DNA of 64,000 nucleotides from Janthinobacterium lividum (GCA_050954785.1 JBPBQO010000146.1:7226-71225), one strand, 5' to 3'. Shown: positions 19,159-29,806, numbered from the stretch's first letter. The notes: a model not told the origin generated them from the letters alone. A program made the numbers and translations.

Positions 19159-20682
19159 TCAGGCCGGCAAGACACCCAGCTTCTTGCCGAACCTACCGGC
19201 AAGCTGGTTGAGCCGGCCGGCGAACTGCAGGAACACGTCGCGTCGCAGAAGGTAGAGCGCCAGGGGATAAAGCACGCTGCTCACCACGGTGATGACAGCG
19301 ACCTTGGCGATGTTCGATCCCGATACCAGTGGCAGGAACGAGGCGGCATAGGCGATCAATGTCGTCGTGCCGGCCAGGAGGAGCGGCATCACATAGAGTT
19401 CGAGCACTTTCCATGTCCCGATCCCGCCTTCACGCAGGATGAGGACCGAGCAGATCGGCGGGTAGACCGCGTAATACACCACGACACCGGCGGCGACACC
19501 GATCGCCCCGTCGATCATCCCACCGACGATGACGGTGCCGAAGAACAGCGGCGCGGAGATTGCCGCATAGATCAGGGAGCGGCGGAACTGGCGTCGCGCG
19601 CTCAGCAGCGAACCGGTGATCCAGGAGACGGCGTCGAACGGAAGTCCGATGCTCAGCAACTGGACCAGGGGAATGGCGCCCAGCCAGCGCCGCCCGAACA
19701 GCAACTCCAGGCCGGGAGCCGCAAGTGCCGCCTGCAGAAAGCAGAATGGGACCACGAGATAGGAGAGAAGCCGCGATGCACGCCAGGCCGCGTCCGCCTG
19801 TCGTTTCGGCTCGCTGCGCAGTTGGGCCAGGGCGGGGAACACGACGCTGATGAAGTTGCCGGCGAGCATCCGGACCGGCTGCACCGAAAAGCGGAAGGCG
19901 AAATAGTACAAGCCGACGACACTGTGCGACGCGATCAGTCCCAGGATGATGTAGTCGCCCTGGTTGACGATCTCGATAATGGTACGAGCCGCGAACACCA
20001 GCGTGCTGTTGCCGAACATGTACTTCATCTGCACCAGCCGGAAGCGGCGGCGGATCGTCGGAGGTGCCTTCCACCAGTACAGGACCGCCTTGATCAGTGC
20101 CAGAAGCGGAACCGGTATCGCGAAACTGTAGGCCCCGAGACCGCTCCAGGCGCAGACGATGGTCCCGAGCTGGAGTGCTGCGATCTCGAAGGTATTGTAC
20201 CCGGCGAGAAAGCGGAAATTCATGTCCAGCCGGATCTGCACCATCGGCACCGTCGCCAGGGTGCGAATCGGCATCGCCACCGCCAGGATGACGATCAACC
20301 ACCCCACGCTCGGGCTATGATAGAAATGGGCGGCGATCGGCGCTGCCGCCATGACCAGCAGCATGCCGAGCGTGCCGAGCGCCAGGCTGATCCAGAAGGC
20401 CGGGGCCGACCACATCTTCATTGTTCGCTGCCGTTGCAGCAGCACGTCATCCACCCCGAAGCTGACCAGCACCTGGGCGATCCCGGTGACGGTGTTCGCC
20501 AGGCCGATGATGCCGAAATCGGTGGGCAGCAGGAGTGCTGCCAGGATGAGTTGCGAGAAAAGTCCCAGCACGCGCGCCGTGAGGCTCTGCGCCATCAGCC
20601 AGATCACGCCGCTCGTGGTCGTGCGATTGAGCCGATGCTTTACGCCCGCGACATCGTTCGCGGATGGTCCGATTACCGGCAT
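19159..20682 (-). CDS. Wzx flippase (PST family)
   Basis: LAALLLPTDFGIIG, many TMs, D.IILG......VGLY.FA; AGW/track ORF extends 48 codons upstream. Confidence 0.88.
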   Translation of the reverse strand: MPVIGPSANDVAGVKHRLNRTTTSGVIWLMAQSLTARVLGLFSQLILAALLLPTDFGIIGLANTVTGIAQVLVSFGVDDVLLQRQRTMKMWSAPAFWISLALGTLGMLLVMAAAPIAAHFYHSPSVGWLIVILAVAMPIRTLATVPMVQIRLDMNFRFLAGYNTFEIAALQLGTIVCAWSGLGAYSFAIPVPLLALIKAVLYWWKAPPTIRRRFRLVQMKYMFGNSTLVFAARTIIEIVNQGDYIILGLIASHSVVGLYYFAFRFSVQPVRMLAGNFISVVFPALAQLRSEPKRQADAAWRASRLLSYLVVPFCFLQAALAAPGLELLFGRRWLGAIPLVQLLSIGLPFDAVSWITGSLLSARRQFRRSLIYAAISAPLFFGTVIVGGMIDGAIGVAAGVVVYYAVYPPICSVLILREGGIGTWKVLELYVMPLLLAGTTTLIAYAASFLPLVSGSNIAKVAVITVVSSVLYPLALYLLRRDVFLQFAGRLNQLAGRFGKKLGVLPA

Positions 20683-20963
20683 GAGGTGTCGCCGCGGCCG
20701 GAACGGAGGGTGACGCGAGGACCCGACCGACGTGGCGGCCACTCCAACGCTCGGCTCGGGGACAGAATTCGGATGTCCCTGATCGTCGGATGCTGGATGG
20801 CGGCGCGCACATCCTGCAGCAAGCATACGGCGTCGAATCCCGTTATGACGACGTCGATGACCGGTTCCGTCAAGTTGTTCATCCTCGGTCTATCGTAACG
20901 AGACTATATAATGCGTCATGAAATGGGCGTTGGCCAAGGTTGTGCCTGTTCAACATGTGGCGT

Positions 20964-21572
20964 TCAGCGATCAATATTTTGAAGGTCCGGGCAGATTAGT
21001 GCCCGCAGCCGTAATGTCGCGAAGGAATGGATGCGATATTCGACCGTCATGCGGTGGCCATGCTCGAGCAGGGCGATGACTGCGAACACGAGCACGAAGC
21101 ATATGCGGGGGAGGCGGGCCGGCCCTGCCCCCTTGAAGTGCATGAAGAAGCCCAGACCGCCCAGGCCGACGATACCGCCGATCAGGACCTCGATCACGCT
21201 GTGATCGTGCAGGACGACACGTGACGCGCCGAACAGAAGCGCGATGGTGATCGCCAGCATGAACCGCAGGATAACGTTCAGCCTCGGAAACAGGATCGTG
21301 GCGATGCCGCCATAGAGCATCGTTGCACTGGCAGTATGGCCGCTCGGGCTGTCCAGCGCGCCGGCCCCGAGAGCTGGGCCGCATGCACCGATTCCGAGCT
21401 TCAGGACCAGCATGGCCGCGAGGACGCCTCCCATCGCGATCGTCCAGGTGAGCGCGGTCTTCCAGCAGCGGCTCAGGAGCAGAAAGAGCAGGACGCACAC
21501 GGAGGTCGGGAGCACGATCGCTTGATCCGCGAAGTCGGTGACCCATTGGATCACGGCAAGTGTGGCATGCAT
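20964..21572 (-). CDS. PAP2-superfamily membrane protein
   Basis: SPSGHT (C2), SRVVLHDHSVIE (C3-like); C1 degenerate. Confidence 0.75.
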   Translation of the reverse strand: MHATLAVIQWVTDFADQAIVLPTSVCVLLFLLLSRCWKTALTWTIAMGGVLAAMLVLKLGIGACGPALGAGALDSPSGHTASATMLYGGIATILFPRLNVILRFMLAITIALLFGASRVVLHDHSVIEVLIGGIVGLGGLGFFMHFKGAGPARLPRICFVLVFAVIALLEHGHRMTVEYRIHSFATLRLRALICPDLQNIDR

Positions 21573-21731
21573 CTATTGGTATCGTCCCTGACAGCTCTGC
21601 TCGTAAGACGATACACGGCGGACGCCCTGCCGCCACAGCCCTCATGCCACGCACGCGGAATGGTTGTGAAAGCGCTTTTCTTTCACTGGTTCCATCACTA
21701 CGGTCCACGATTGTTACACGTGGCAAGGTGG

Positions 21732-23144
21732 ATGCGGATAAAAAAGTCGGAACATTTCACGCGCATACGAGCGTCGGCACGGAGGAGATCGGATTGCGTT
21801 GCAATCTCGGGCCTCGTGGCTCGTGTGATCGGCGTAACGACAATCGGTCTGTTTTCCGTATATGCCGCCGCGTCCCCTTTGGCTGACCACGGCATTCGAT
21901 GGGGTATCAACGACAGCGGCATGGAGTTCGGGCGGGGCATGAAAGCCTCCACGAACTATGCGGTGCCCGATCCCACCTATTATCTGCAGCATGGCGTACA
22001 GCTCGTTCGTGTGCCGGTACAGATCGACCGGCTGGTTCCCGATCCTGGTCGTGAGCTGAATTCCGCAGTGCTTCAGGAGCTCCGCGATATCGTCAAGATG
22101 GACAAGGCAGCCGGCGCCATCACCGTCATAGATCCGCATGGTTACGGATACATGAACAAGGATGGTCACCCGCGCGACATCCTGACGGACCAACAGGGCC
22201 GTGCCGACTACGTCGATCTCATGCGCAGGCTCGGGCAGGTGTTCGCGGGCGACGCTGTCGCCCTGGATCTGATGAACGAACCTCATTCCGGAAGCGATGT
22301 GTCCTACATCCCGATCTGGAACGACGCGATCGCGGCGATACGCCAGGCCGGCTTCCGCGGCACGGTACTTGTTCCCCATGCGCATTGGAGTGCCGCATCC
22401 GACATAAGCCCAGCCAGACCGTATCCCGACGGCATTGTGGACCCGCAGGAAAACTGGGTCCTCGAACTGCACTCCTATCTCGATCCCGATGGAACGGGGA
22501 CCTACCGTAAGGCTGTCCTGTCGCCCGATATCGGCGTGACGCGGCTCGCGGGCGCCATAGCCTGGTCCCGTCAAAGCCACATTCGCATCTTCCTCGGCGA
22601 GACCGGCGGCCCAGCTTCGCCGATCGGCCTCGCCGCGCTGGCGAACATGCTGTCACAGGTGGCAGATGCGCCGGACGTTTTCTGGGGCGTGGCGCTGTGG
22701 GGCGCTGGACCCTGGTGGAAGCCGAACTACCCGATGCGGCTCGATCCGATCGACCACGTTATGCGTCCGCAGATGGCTGTTCTCGAGCATCAGATCGCGC
22801 CCGAGCAGATTTATCTGGCGACCGATCCGGATGCGCCGGAAGCGGTGGTGACGATCAGGCTGAATGGTCGGGTGGTCGCGGACGAGGTGCATGTTCAGGC
22901 TAGTCGATTACAGATGCCTCAGGCGTTGCCCGTGATGGCGATCATGCGGCCAGGCTGTCATGTGATGCAGGTCGAGCTGCATCGGACCGACGCATCGAAG
23001 ACCGCAACAGTCTATGTCGTCGGGTCGAGCTGGAAAGATCACGTCAATAGTGACGATGCGTTCGGCCGTACGAAAAACGGGGAATTCACGTTTCACGTCC
23101 GTATCCCTGATAAAAATGATGTAATCAACGGGTTCTGTAGTTGA
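21732..23144 (+). CDS. GH5 glycoside hydrolase #2 with extra C-terminal beta domain (start uncertain)
   Basis: GINDSGMEFG, DPHGYG, DLMNEPH, ELHSYLD, FLGETG, WGAGPWW. Confidence 0.85.
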   Translation: MRIKKSEHFTRIRASARRRSDCVAISGLVARVIGVTTIGLFSVYAAASPLADHGIRWGINDSGMEFGRGMKASTNYAVPDPTYYLQHGVQLVRVPVQIDRLVPDPGRELNSAVLQELRDIVKMDKAAGAITVIDPHGYGYMNKDGHPRDILTDQQGRADYVDLMRRLGQVFAGDAVALDLMNEPHSGSDVSYIPIWNDAIAAIRQAGFRGTVLVPHAHWSAASDISPARPYPDGIVDPQENWVLELHSYLDPDGTGTYRKAVLSPDIGVTRLAGAIAWSRQSHIRIFLGETGGPASPIGLAALANMLSQVADAPDVFWGVALWGAGPWWKPNYPMRLDPIDHVMRPQMAVLEHQIAPEQIYLATDPDAPEAVVTIRLNGRVVADEVHVQASRLQMPQALPVMAIMRPGCHVMQVELHRTDASKTATVYVVGSSWKDHVNSDDAFGRTKNGEFTFHVRIPDKNDVINGFCS

Positions 23145-23199
23145 TCTTTATCAGCCCGGCGGCGTTCGTTATCTGACCGGGGAATAGGATTCATAACTG

Positions 23200-24567
23200 A
23201 TGCGCATCGCGATGATTGGTGGCGGCTATGTCGGCCTCGTCTCCGCCGCTTGTTTCGCGGAGTTCGGCACCGAAGTTTCGGTCGTGGAAACCCATCCTGT
23301 TCGGCTGTCGGCGTTGCAGCGCGGTGAAATTCCGATTTACGAACCTGGCCTCGATAAGCTGGTCGGCGACAATATTGAGGCGGGCCGGCTTTCGTTTGGC
23401 AACGACATTGCCCTCGCGGTCGCGGGGGCGGACGCGATTTTCATTGCAGTCGGCACACCACCCCGTAACGGCGATGGACATGCCGACCTGACCTATGTGT
23501 TTGCCGCCGCCGAGCAGGTGGCGCGCGCCATGACCGGTTATGCGGTGATCGTCACCAAATCGACGGTGCCTGTGGGTACCGGACGCCGAATTGCCGAGAT
23601 CATTCGCCACCTGCGGCCGGAACTCGAATTCGATGTTGCCTCCAATCCCGAATTCCTGCGTGAGGGTTCGGCGATCGGCGACTTCATGAAGCCGGACAGA
23701 GTGGTGATTGGCACCGATACCGACCAGCCTGGTGGGACCGAGCGAGCCCAGGAAATCATGCGCCGGCTGTATCGCCCGCTTTATGTGATCGAGGCGCCGA
23801 TCCTGTTCACCAGCCTGGAAAGTTCGGAGCTGATCAAATATGCGTCCAACTCGTTCCTGGCGATGAAGATCAGTTTCATCAATGAGATGGCCGACCTCTG
23901 CGAGCGTGTCGGCGCGGATGTGCACGAGCTGGCCCGCGGCATCGGCATGGACGAACGTATCGGACGCAAATTCCTGCACGCAGGTCCCGGCTATGGCGGA
24001 TCATGCTTTCCCAAGGACACCCTGGCCTTGATGCGGATTGCCCAGGAAGCGGGCGCCTCGTCGCGGCTGGTCGAGGCAACGGTTCAGGTGAACGATGCGC
24101 GCAAGGCCAGCATGGGAGCGCGTATTATGTCGGCTTGTGGCGGCAGCGTGCGCGGCAAGACGATCGCGGTGTTCGGGCTGACCTTCAAACCCGAAACAGA
24201 CGATATGCGCGATGCGCCGTCGATCCCGATCATTCACCGCCTGATCGAGAACGGCGCGCAAATCCGGACCTTCGATCCGGCAGGCATGGTAGCGGCGCGA
24301 CCACTTCTGCCGGCACACAAAATCACCTACTGCGCTGACGCGATCGACGCGGCAACCGGTGCGGATGCGCTTCTGGTGCTCACCGAGTGGAACGAGTTCC
24401 GGGCTGTTTCTCCAGAACAGTTGCGGGGGTTGATGACCGGCAATATCGTAATCGACCTTCGGAACATCTGGGAGCCTGGTTCCATGGCTCAAGCAGGCTT
24501 TGTTTATAGCAGCATTGGACGGCCGGAACGCCGTACCCGGTTGGACGTCGGTATCGCTGTGGCCTGA
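23200..24567 (+). CDS. ugd: UDP-glucose 6-dehydrogenase
   Basis: IGGGYVGL, AVGTP, KSTVPVGT, NPEFLREG, GYGGSCFPKD, FKPETDDMR. Confidence 0.95.
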   Translation: MRIAMIGGGYVGLVSAACFAEFGTEVSVVETHPVRLSALQRGEIPIYEPGLDKLVGDNIEAGRLSFGNDIALAVAGADAIFIAVGTPPRNGDGHADLTYVFAAAEQVARAMTGYAVIVTKSTVPVGTGRRIAEIIRHLRPELEFDVASNPEFLREGSAIGDFMKPDRVVIGTDTDQPGGTERAQEIMRRLYRPLYVIEAPILFTSLESSELIKYASNSFLAMKISFINEMADLCERVGADVHELARGIGMDERIGRKFLHAGPGYGGSCFPKDTLALMRIAQEAGASSRLVEATVQVNDARKASMGARIMSACGGSVRGKTIAVFGLTFKPETDDMRDAPSIPIIHRLIENGAQIRTFDPAGMVAARPLLPAHKITYCADAIDAATGADALLVLTEWNEFRAVSPEQLRGLMTGNIVIDLRNIWEPGSMAQAGFVYSSIGRPERRTRLDVGIAVA

Positions 24568-24723
24568 ACTGCTTCATGATACCGAACATGTCCGTAACAT
24601 GCCGGTCATTGCCAGGAGCAGTGCCAGTCTCGCGTCGAGAGAATGACACTGCGTTGACATCGGTCATGTCGGAAATCGACCTGGAGAGTGGACCGACCTA
24701 TCCTGAAGTGGATTGCAACGAAT

Positions 24724-25755
24724 TCAGTTGCTTCCGTATTTGGCAACCACCGACATCTGGGTTGCATCGACCCCATTGACCGGCTCGATGTTCATTGCGT
24801 AGCTGCCCCACCATGGGCCGCCCGCCCAATAGGTAAATCCAAGGAGCCCGCCGGACCGCATTGCGGCAAAGCCGTTAGCAAGCTGCTGATTCCATTTGGC
24901 ATTGTCCTTGCCGACGCCGATTTCGCCGATCATGCACCTGCGGCTTTTGACCTGGCACCAGTTCGAAAAAACACCGATCCGCTGTGCCAGCGTATCCACC
25001 GTAACTCCATGGGACGCTTCGATTGCCCAGTTGAAATGCGTGCCGCTCGCGTTGCGGTCACCGTAGACGTGTGCCTCGTAGATGATCCGAGATTTAGGAT
25101 CGTTTATGGTGAGATTCTGGTTGTTGGAAGCCCAGCTACCGGCTGAAGCCCAGTTGTTACCTTCGACGAAAATGTAAGAACTCGTATCGACTTTTCGAAT
25201 CGCCGTGACGGCGGCCTGCGCAGCGTTAGGCCAGACGTCGGCAGATGGCATGTTGCTCGGCTCGTTCATCAAGTCGTAACCGCCAAGACCTGGCAGGCTT
25301 TTCAGAGCCGATGCAAAAATCTGCCAGAACTGTGCGAATTGTGCCTGCGTGACCGTTCCATCGCCAATTTTATGCGTTGCATATCCACCGTAGTTGTGAA
25401 CGTCGACGATGACCTGCATCTTGCGAGCAGCAGCCTCGGCAAGAACCTTCTGGATGAGGGCAAAATAAGCAGGATCCAACGTTGTGCTCGGATTGGCCGC
25501 CAGCAGGTTGGGTTGCAGGCGACCCCAGAGGACCGGAAGCCTGATCATCATCACGCCCTTGCTTTGGTAATAAGCAAGTTCCTTATCGGTGGGCGCAACA
25601 TAATCGTGGTTCGCCCGACCAGGCAATGTGCCGGATTTGAACTCAAGTCCTGAAAGATTGACGCCCGCTGAGAGAGCTGACGTCGCAGCGCGTCCCGAGG
25701 ACGCATCCAGCAAACCGAGGCATGCGCCGATAACCAAAGCTGCTTCTAACTTCAT
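24724..25755 (-). CDS. GH5 glycoside hydrolase #3
   Basis: Signal peptide, GVNLSGLEF, W.RLQP, DVHNYGGY, DLMNEP, EAHVYGD, MIGEIG, WAGGPWW. Confidence 0.9.
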   Translation of the reverse strand: MKLEAALVIGACLGLLDASSGRAATSALSAGVNLSGLEFKSGTLPGRANHDYVAPTDKELAYYQSKGVMMIRLPVLWGRLQPNLLAANPSTTLDPAYFALIQKVLAEAAARKMQVIVDVHNYGGYATHKIGDGTVTQAQFAQFWQIFASALKSLPGLGGYDLMNEPSNMPSADVWPNAAQAAVTAIRKVDTSSYIFVEGNNWASAGSWASNNQNLTINDPKSRIIYEAHVYGDRNASGTHFNWAIEASHGVTVDTLAQRIGVFSNWCQVKSRRCMIGEIGVGKDNAKWNQQLANGFAAMRSGGLLGFTYWAGGPWWGSYAMNIEPVNGVDATQMSVVAKYGSN

Positions 25756-27407
25756 TCTGTAGACTCTCAATTTCTGTCCAGACCGATCACGCTGCGGTGA
25801 TGATCTTCTACATGAAAAAACCGAGAGAAAAAGAGACTGATCATCAATTAACGATGAAGTTTCTGCCGCTTCCGGCGGCGAATGCATCGATAATAGGCGA
25901 TGAACGTGTTTTTCTGCCTGCTGTGGAGCACGGCATATTTAGCGGCCGTTGGGGGTATCTTATGTTAAAGTGCTGATAGGAAAGATTTTGTAGCACCATT
26001 GGACATCGATACCAGATGGTCTGGACATGTTCGAAAGATCGGCGTCTCGAATTAAAAAGATTATCTGCTTACAATCGAAGCACTCGGCCAAAAGTTCTAA
26101 GGCTAAACTTTTGTGAGCGCGAGGTGGCAATGCTCTATAATATCGTCAAGAGTACTGTAGTGGTGCAATTCTGGACCCCTATCTAACCTTGATAGACGAT
26201 CAACGATTAAGGGTCAGATCGGTTATATTAGCTAAACTTTTCAAACGTGTAGCGGCAACTCGGAAGCTGATGATCCTCACTGTTGGGCACAGATATATGC
26301 AAAATTGAAGCTAGACCGTGAGCCAAGCTTATCGATCGTTATAAACCTCTGATACTTCGTATCCGCTGATCATCCATATCGGATAAAAACAACGCAACTT
26401 CTAAGATTATTCGTTGTAAAATTGCTCGCGGGGCGTGTAACCTATCTCTGATAACATTTTACAGAGTTAATTAAGATTATTTTCTTCTCATCATCTACGC
26501 TCATTAGTAGTGGAATCACATTGCGCGTCATCAAAGCTATGTTGTTTATAGGAGGCTTTAGGTTGCGCGTGTGCGAAGTATGCGATTCGCTGCTTGGCTA
26601 GCGGCAATACGTTAGTCATAACGTAATACTAACGAAATTCGGCTTGTAACCGTGACGGGGCACATCGTCTATGACGAGTGTCGCTGTATCACAGCTATTT
26701 GAACCTGAAGCAGTTTATCAACCGGTCGAGTAGCTTGGCATTCCTGTTTTCAGCGAACATGCCTGACAACGTGAGGGCGCGATGCCGGCCTCGTTCGCGA
26801 TATCGACCGCGAACTACGATAGACTAGGCGTGCCTCCCAAGCAGCAATGATGACCTTGGCGGTGCTAGATGCTGGATCAACGTCGATCTAAGGTAGTCGT
26901 TCTGATTCTATAGCAAGTCAACAGAAGCCTTTTGTCGTGGATGCGACGTCAGTGCCATGAATTTGCCCAACTCGCCGGTTAAGTTCTGATCCAGAAGCCC
27001 ACGACGAGAGGAAGAAGGTCACACGGAATTCGCCGATCCAAACTAGTTTCATAGAATAATATGATATAATTGAACTATTAACCCAATCCTTACATGAATA
27101 TCGGCATCGGTTAGGATCATTCAGCGAGTAATTGTAACTCAACACGAGTAGACAATTCTCTGTTGATCAAGAAAACGTTTGTGGCGCAGGTTATAAACTG
27201 TGTTTACAGATCAAGAGATGGGCTAGCTTTACGCTGCTTGCTGTATACACTCTTGGATTTGTGTGTGGATTGAATCGGAACTGAGGGGCGTTCGATCGAC
27301 TGTAATAATGTCTCCCGCGAGTTCGGGTTTTGTCAATATTAACGTCAGCGCCGCCGGTTCGTAATCGTCGTGTTAATTCACGCAATATCCAGGGCAGAGT
27401 ATTTCAG

Positions 27408-28925
27408 ATGAGGCAGACAGTTTCTTCCACCAAGCATCTGCTCCAAGCTGCCAAACTAGAGCAGGGCCAGGATACGGTGCTTCCGCCTTTCGCATCTCAG
27501 GTGAAGGCGGAACCAATCGACGTGTATGGTTACAGTCATCCTGTGCTTCCCTGGACGATCAAGATCATCGACGTCGTTGCGACGATTGCGGCGACTTTGC
27601 TGCTGACATGGGGCGGTGGTCACCTCCTGACACATCTTCAGGACCGTGTGCGTGTCACAGCGGACCTGGTCTCGATCCTGATAATTTTCCTCTGGCCTAA
27701 AACTGAACGTCTTCTCGATATTCCCCATGTGACGCGGATCTGGGATCAGGCCCGATATATTGGGTCTGCACTTCTTGTGGCTGCTATCTCACAATTCATC
27801 ATCCTGTGGGTGTTGGGGTGGGCGCCGGCGCCATCTGCGACCACAGCCCTGAACTGGTTCGTCGCTGCCGGTCTTACACTGCTGCTCGTCCGCTCCTGCC
27901 TGATCTATGTTCTGTCCAAGCCATCGGTCCGAAGCAGGTTGGCATGCAGGCTCGCGATCGTGGGGGACGGGATTCAGGCATCTGGCGTGGCGGAGCGCTT
28001 CAGTCGTGGAACGTCCGGAACATTTTCGACACTCGGAATTTTTAGCGATACGCTCTCCGAGTCCGATCCTGCGAAGGTGCGTGGTTCCCTTACCGAACTT
28101 GTTGCGCTCAGTCGGGAGCGCACTCTACACGGGGTCATTATTGCGGTTTCCCCGTCGCAGGACAATGAACGCCAAATAGAAGAGATCGTATGGCAACTGC
28201 GCAGCGTGTCGGCGCACATCTATGTCATGCCCCATCTGGTGCCTGAGCTCGACGTGGCGCTGCCGATCGAGGTGGTCGGCCCGGTTTCCCTGATGGTTTT
28301 GCGCCGACGTCCCCTGACCGAACGTCAGACCATCGCGAAATTAGGCATTGACCTTCTGTTTGGAAGTATAGCTCTCATAATCCTGCTTCCGCTTTTGCTT
28401 ACGATCGCTCTGGCCATCAAGCTGGATTCTCCCGGGCCTGTGTTCTTCAGGCAGTCACGTCTGGGCTTTAATAACCGGTCGTTCCAGGTTTTTAAATTTC
28501 GTTCTATGTATGCAGACATGGCGGATCCTACTGCGATGAAGCAGACAAGCCGGAACGATGCGAGAGTAACCCGGGTTGGAAAATGGCTTCGTAAACTTAG
28601 TCTTGACGAGTTGCCGCAGCTGTTGAACGTGCTGCGTAATGAGATGTCATTGGTCGGGCCCAGGCCGCATGCGCCACATACCCGTGCTGGAGGTGAGCTT
28701 CTCGACGATGCTCTCGCGGAGTACGTTATCCGTCATCAGGTAAAACCAGGAATTACGGGTTGGGCTCAGGTCAATGGATCGCGCGGCGAACTTGTGACAA
28801 CCGAAGATCTGCATAAGCGCGTTACGCTGGATCTCGAATATATGCAACGCTGGTCAATCTGGTTCGATATCAAGATCATGTTTCTCACAGTCATTCGGGA
28901 AGTGGTGAGTCGTCATTCCTATTAG
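27408..28925 (+). CDS. gumD: Undecaprenyl-phosphate glucose phosphotransferase (GumD/WcaJ/AceA)
   Basis: KFRSM, RVTRVG..LR..SLDELPQL.NVL..EMSLVGPRPHA, VKPGITGWAQVNG.RGE. Confidence 0.93.
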   Translation: MRQTVSSTKHLLQAAKLEQGQDTVLPPFASQVKAEPIDVYGYSHPVLPWTIKIIDVVATIAATLLLTWGGGHLLTHLQDRVRVTADLVSILIIFLWPKTERLLDIPHVTRIWDQARYIGSALLVAAISQFIILWVLGWAPAPSATTALNWFVAAGLTLLLVRSCLIYVLSKPSVRSRLACRLAIVGDGIQASGVAERFSRGTSGTFSTLGIFSDTLSESDPAKVRGSLTELVALSRERTLHGVIIAVSPSQDNERQIEEIVWQLRSVSAHIYVMPHLVPELDVALPIEVVGPVSLMVLRRRPLTERQTIAKLGIDLLFGSIALIILLPLLLTIALAIKLDSPGPVFFRQSRLGFNNRSFQVFKFRSMYADMADPTAMKQTSRNDARVTRVGKWLRKLSLDELPQLLNVLRNEMSLVGPRPHAPHTRAGGELLDDALAEYVIRHQVKPGITGWAQVNGSRGELVTTEDLHKRVTLDLEYMQRWSIWFDIKIMFLTVIREVVSRHSY

Positions 28926-28947
28926 CAAGTCGCCTGCAACGGCTGCA

Positions 28948-29730
28948 GTGCCCGGTTCATCGTCTCGAAACGACAATGACCGCTTCAATGTCATGGGTAT
29001 CGATCTGCATGACCTTCCTCGGGAAGCGATTGCCGAACGCGTCCTTCTTGCAGCATCTGCGAAACGCAAGATGCTGGTGGTCAACGCGAATGCCAATCTA
29101 GTTGTCCTCTCGCAGAGAGAGACCTGGCTGCGTTCCATGTTCAAGCAAGCAGATATTGCATTCTGTGACGGCGCAGGTGTCCAGTTGGCTGGCTTGATTC
29201 TGCGTGGTCGAATTATAAACAGAACGACACCGCCGGAGTGGATAGGTAGTGTCCTGGAACGAATTGGGCCGGACGCTTCCATTTTCTGGCTTGGTGGTAC
29301 GGAAGCGGCTGTCACCGCTGCAGCGGACACTTACTCTGCCCGCTATGGCGTCAAGACTGCCGGTACTCAACATGGTTATTTCGATGCTTCTCCGGGATCC
29401 TCGGAAACGAAATCCGTCGTCGAAAAAATAAACGCCGCCAATCCATCTATCCTCCTTGTCAACATGGGAATGCCACAGCAGGAACGCTGGCTATGGACCA
29501 ACTGGGACCAGCTTCGTCCCGGTGTTGCAATTACTGCTGGCGCATTGGTCGATCATGCGGCTGGCAGTGTCAGTCGTCCGCCCAGGTGGGTGGCAAGCAT
29601 GGGGATCGAGTGGCTGGTAAGGCTCATACGCGAGCCACGGCGGCTATGGCGACGTTACCTATTAGGTCTGCCAGTGTTCGGGCTTTATCTTTTGCGCTAC
29701 CGCTTCACGGTGACGAAACGATCTAGCTGA
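28948..29730 (+). CDS. gumM: WecB/TagA/CpsF-family glycosyltransferase (GT26, GumM-like)
   Basis: VNANAN, DG.GV, .HGYF, V.MGMP.QE.W, R.PRW...GIEWL.RL..EPRRLWRRY. Confidence 0.85.
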   Translation: MPGSSSRNDNDRFNVMGIDLHDLPREAIAERVLLAASAKRKMLVVNANANLVVLSQRETWLRSMFKQADIAFCDGAGVQLAGLILRGRIINRTTPPEWIGSVLERIGPDASIFWLGGTEAAVTAAADTYSARYGVKTAGTQHGYFDASPGSSETKSVVEKINAANPSILLVNMGMPQQERWLWTNWDQLRPGVAITAGALVDHAAGSVSRPPRWVASMGIEWLVRLIREPRRLWRRYLLGLPVFGLYLLRYRFTVTKRSS

Positions 29731-29806
29731 TTCAGGCGATTGCGGTTAAGCTCGAACTTCTTGACCTGATCCCGTAATCTTTTCATGCTGAGGATACATT
29801 GGCACC

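Noticed and set aside
26918-27385. 75-aa and 64-aa ORFs in the AT-rich region; also short ORFs at 35289-35808
   Set aside because: No homology recognised, no SD, codon use unlike neighbours
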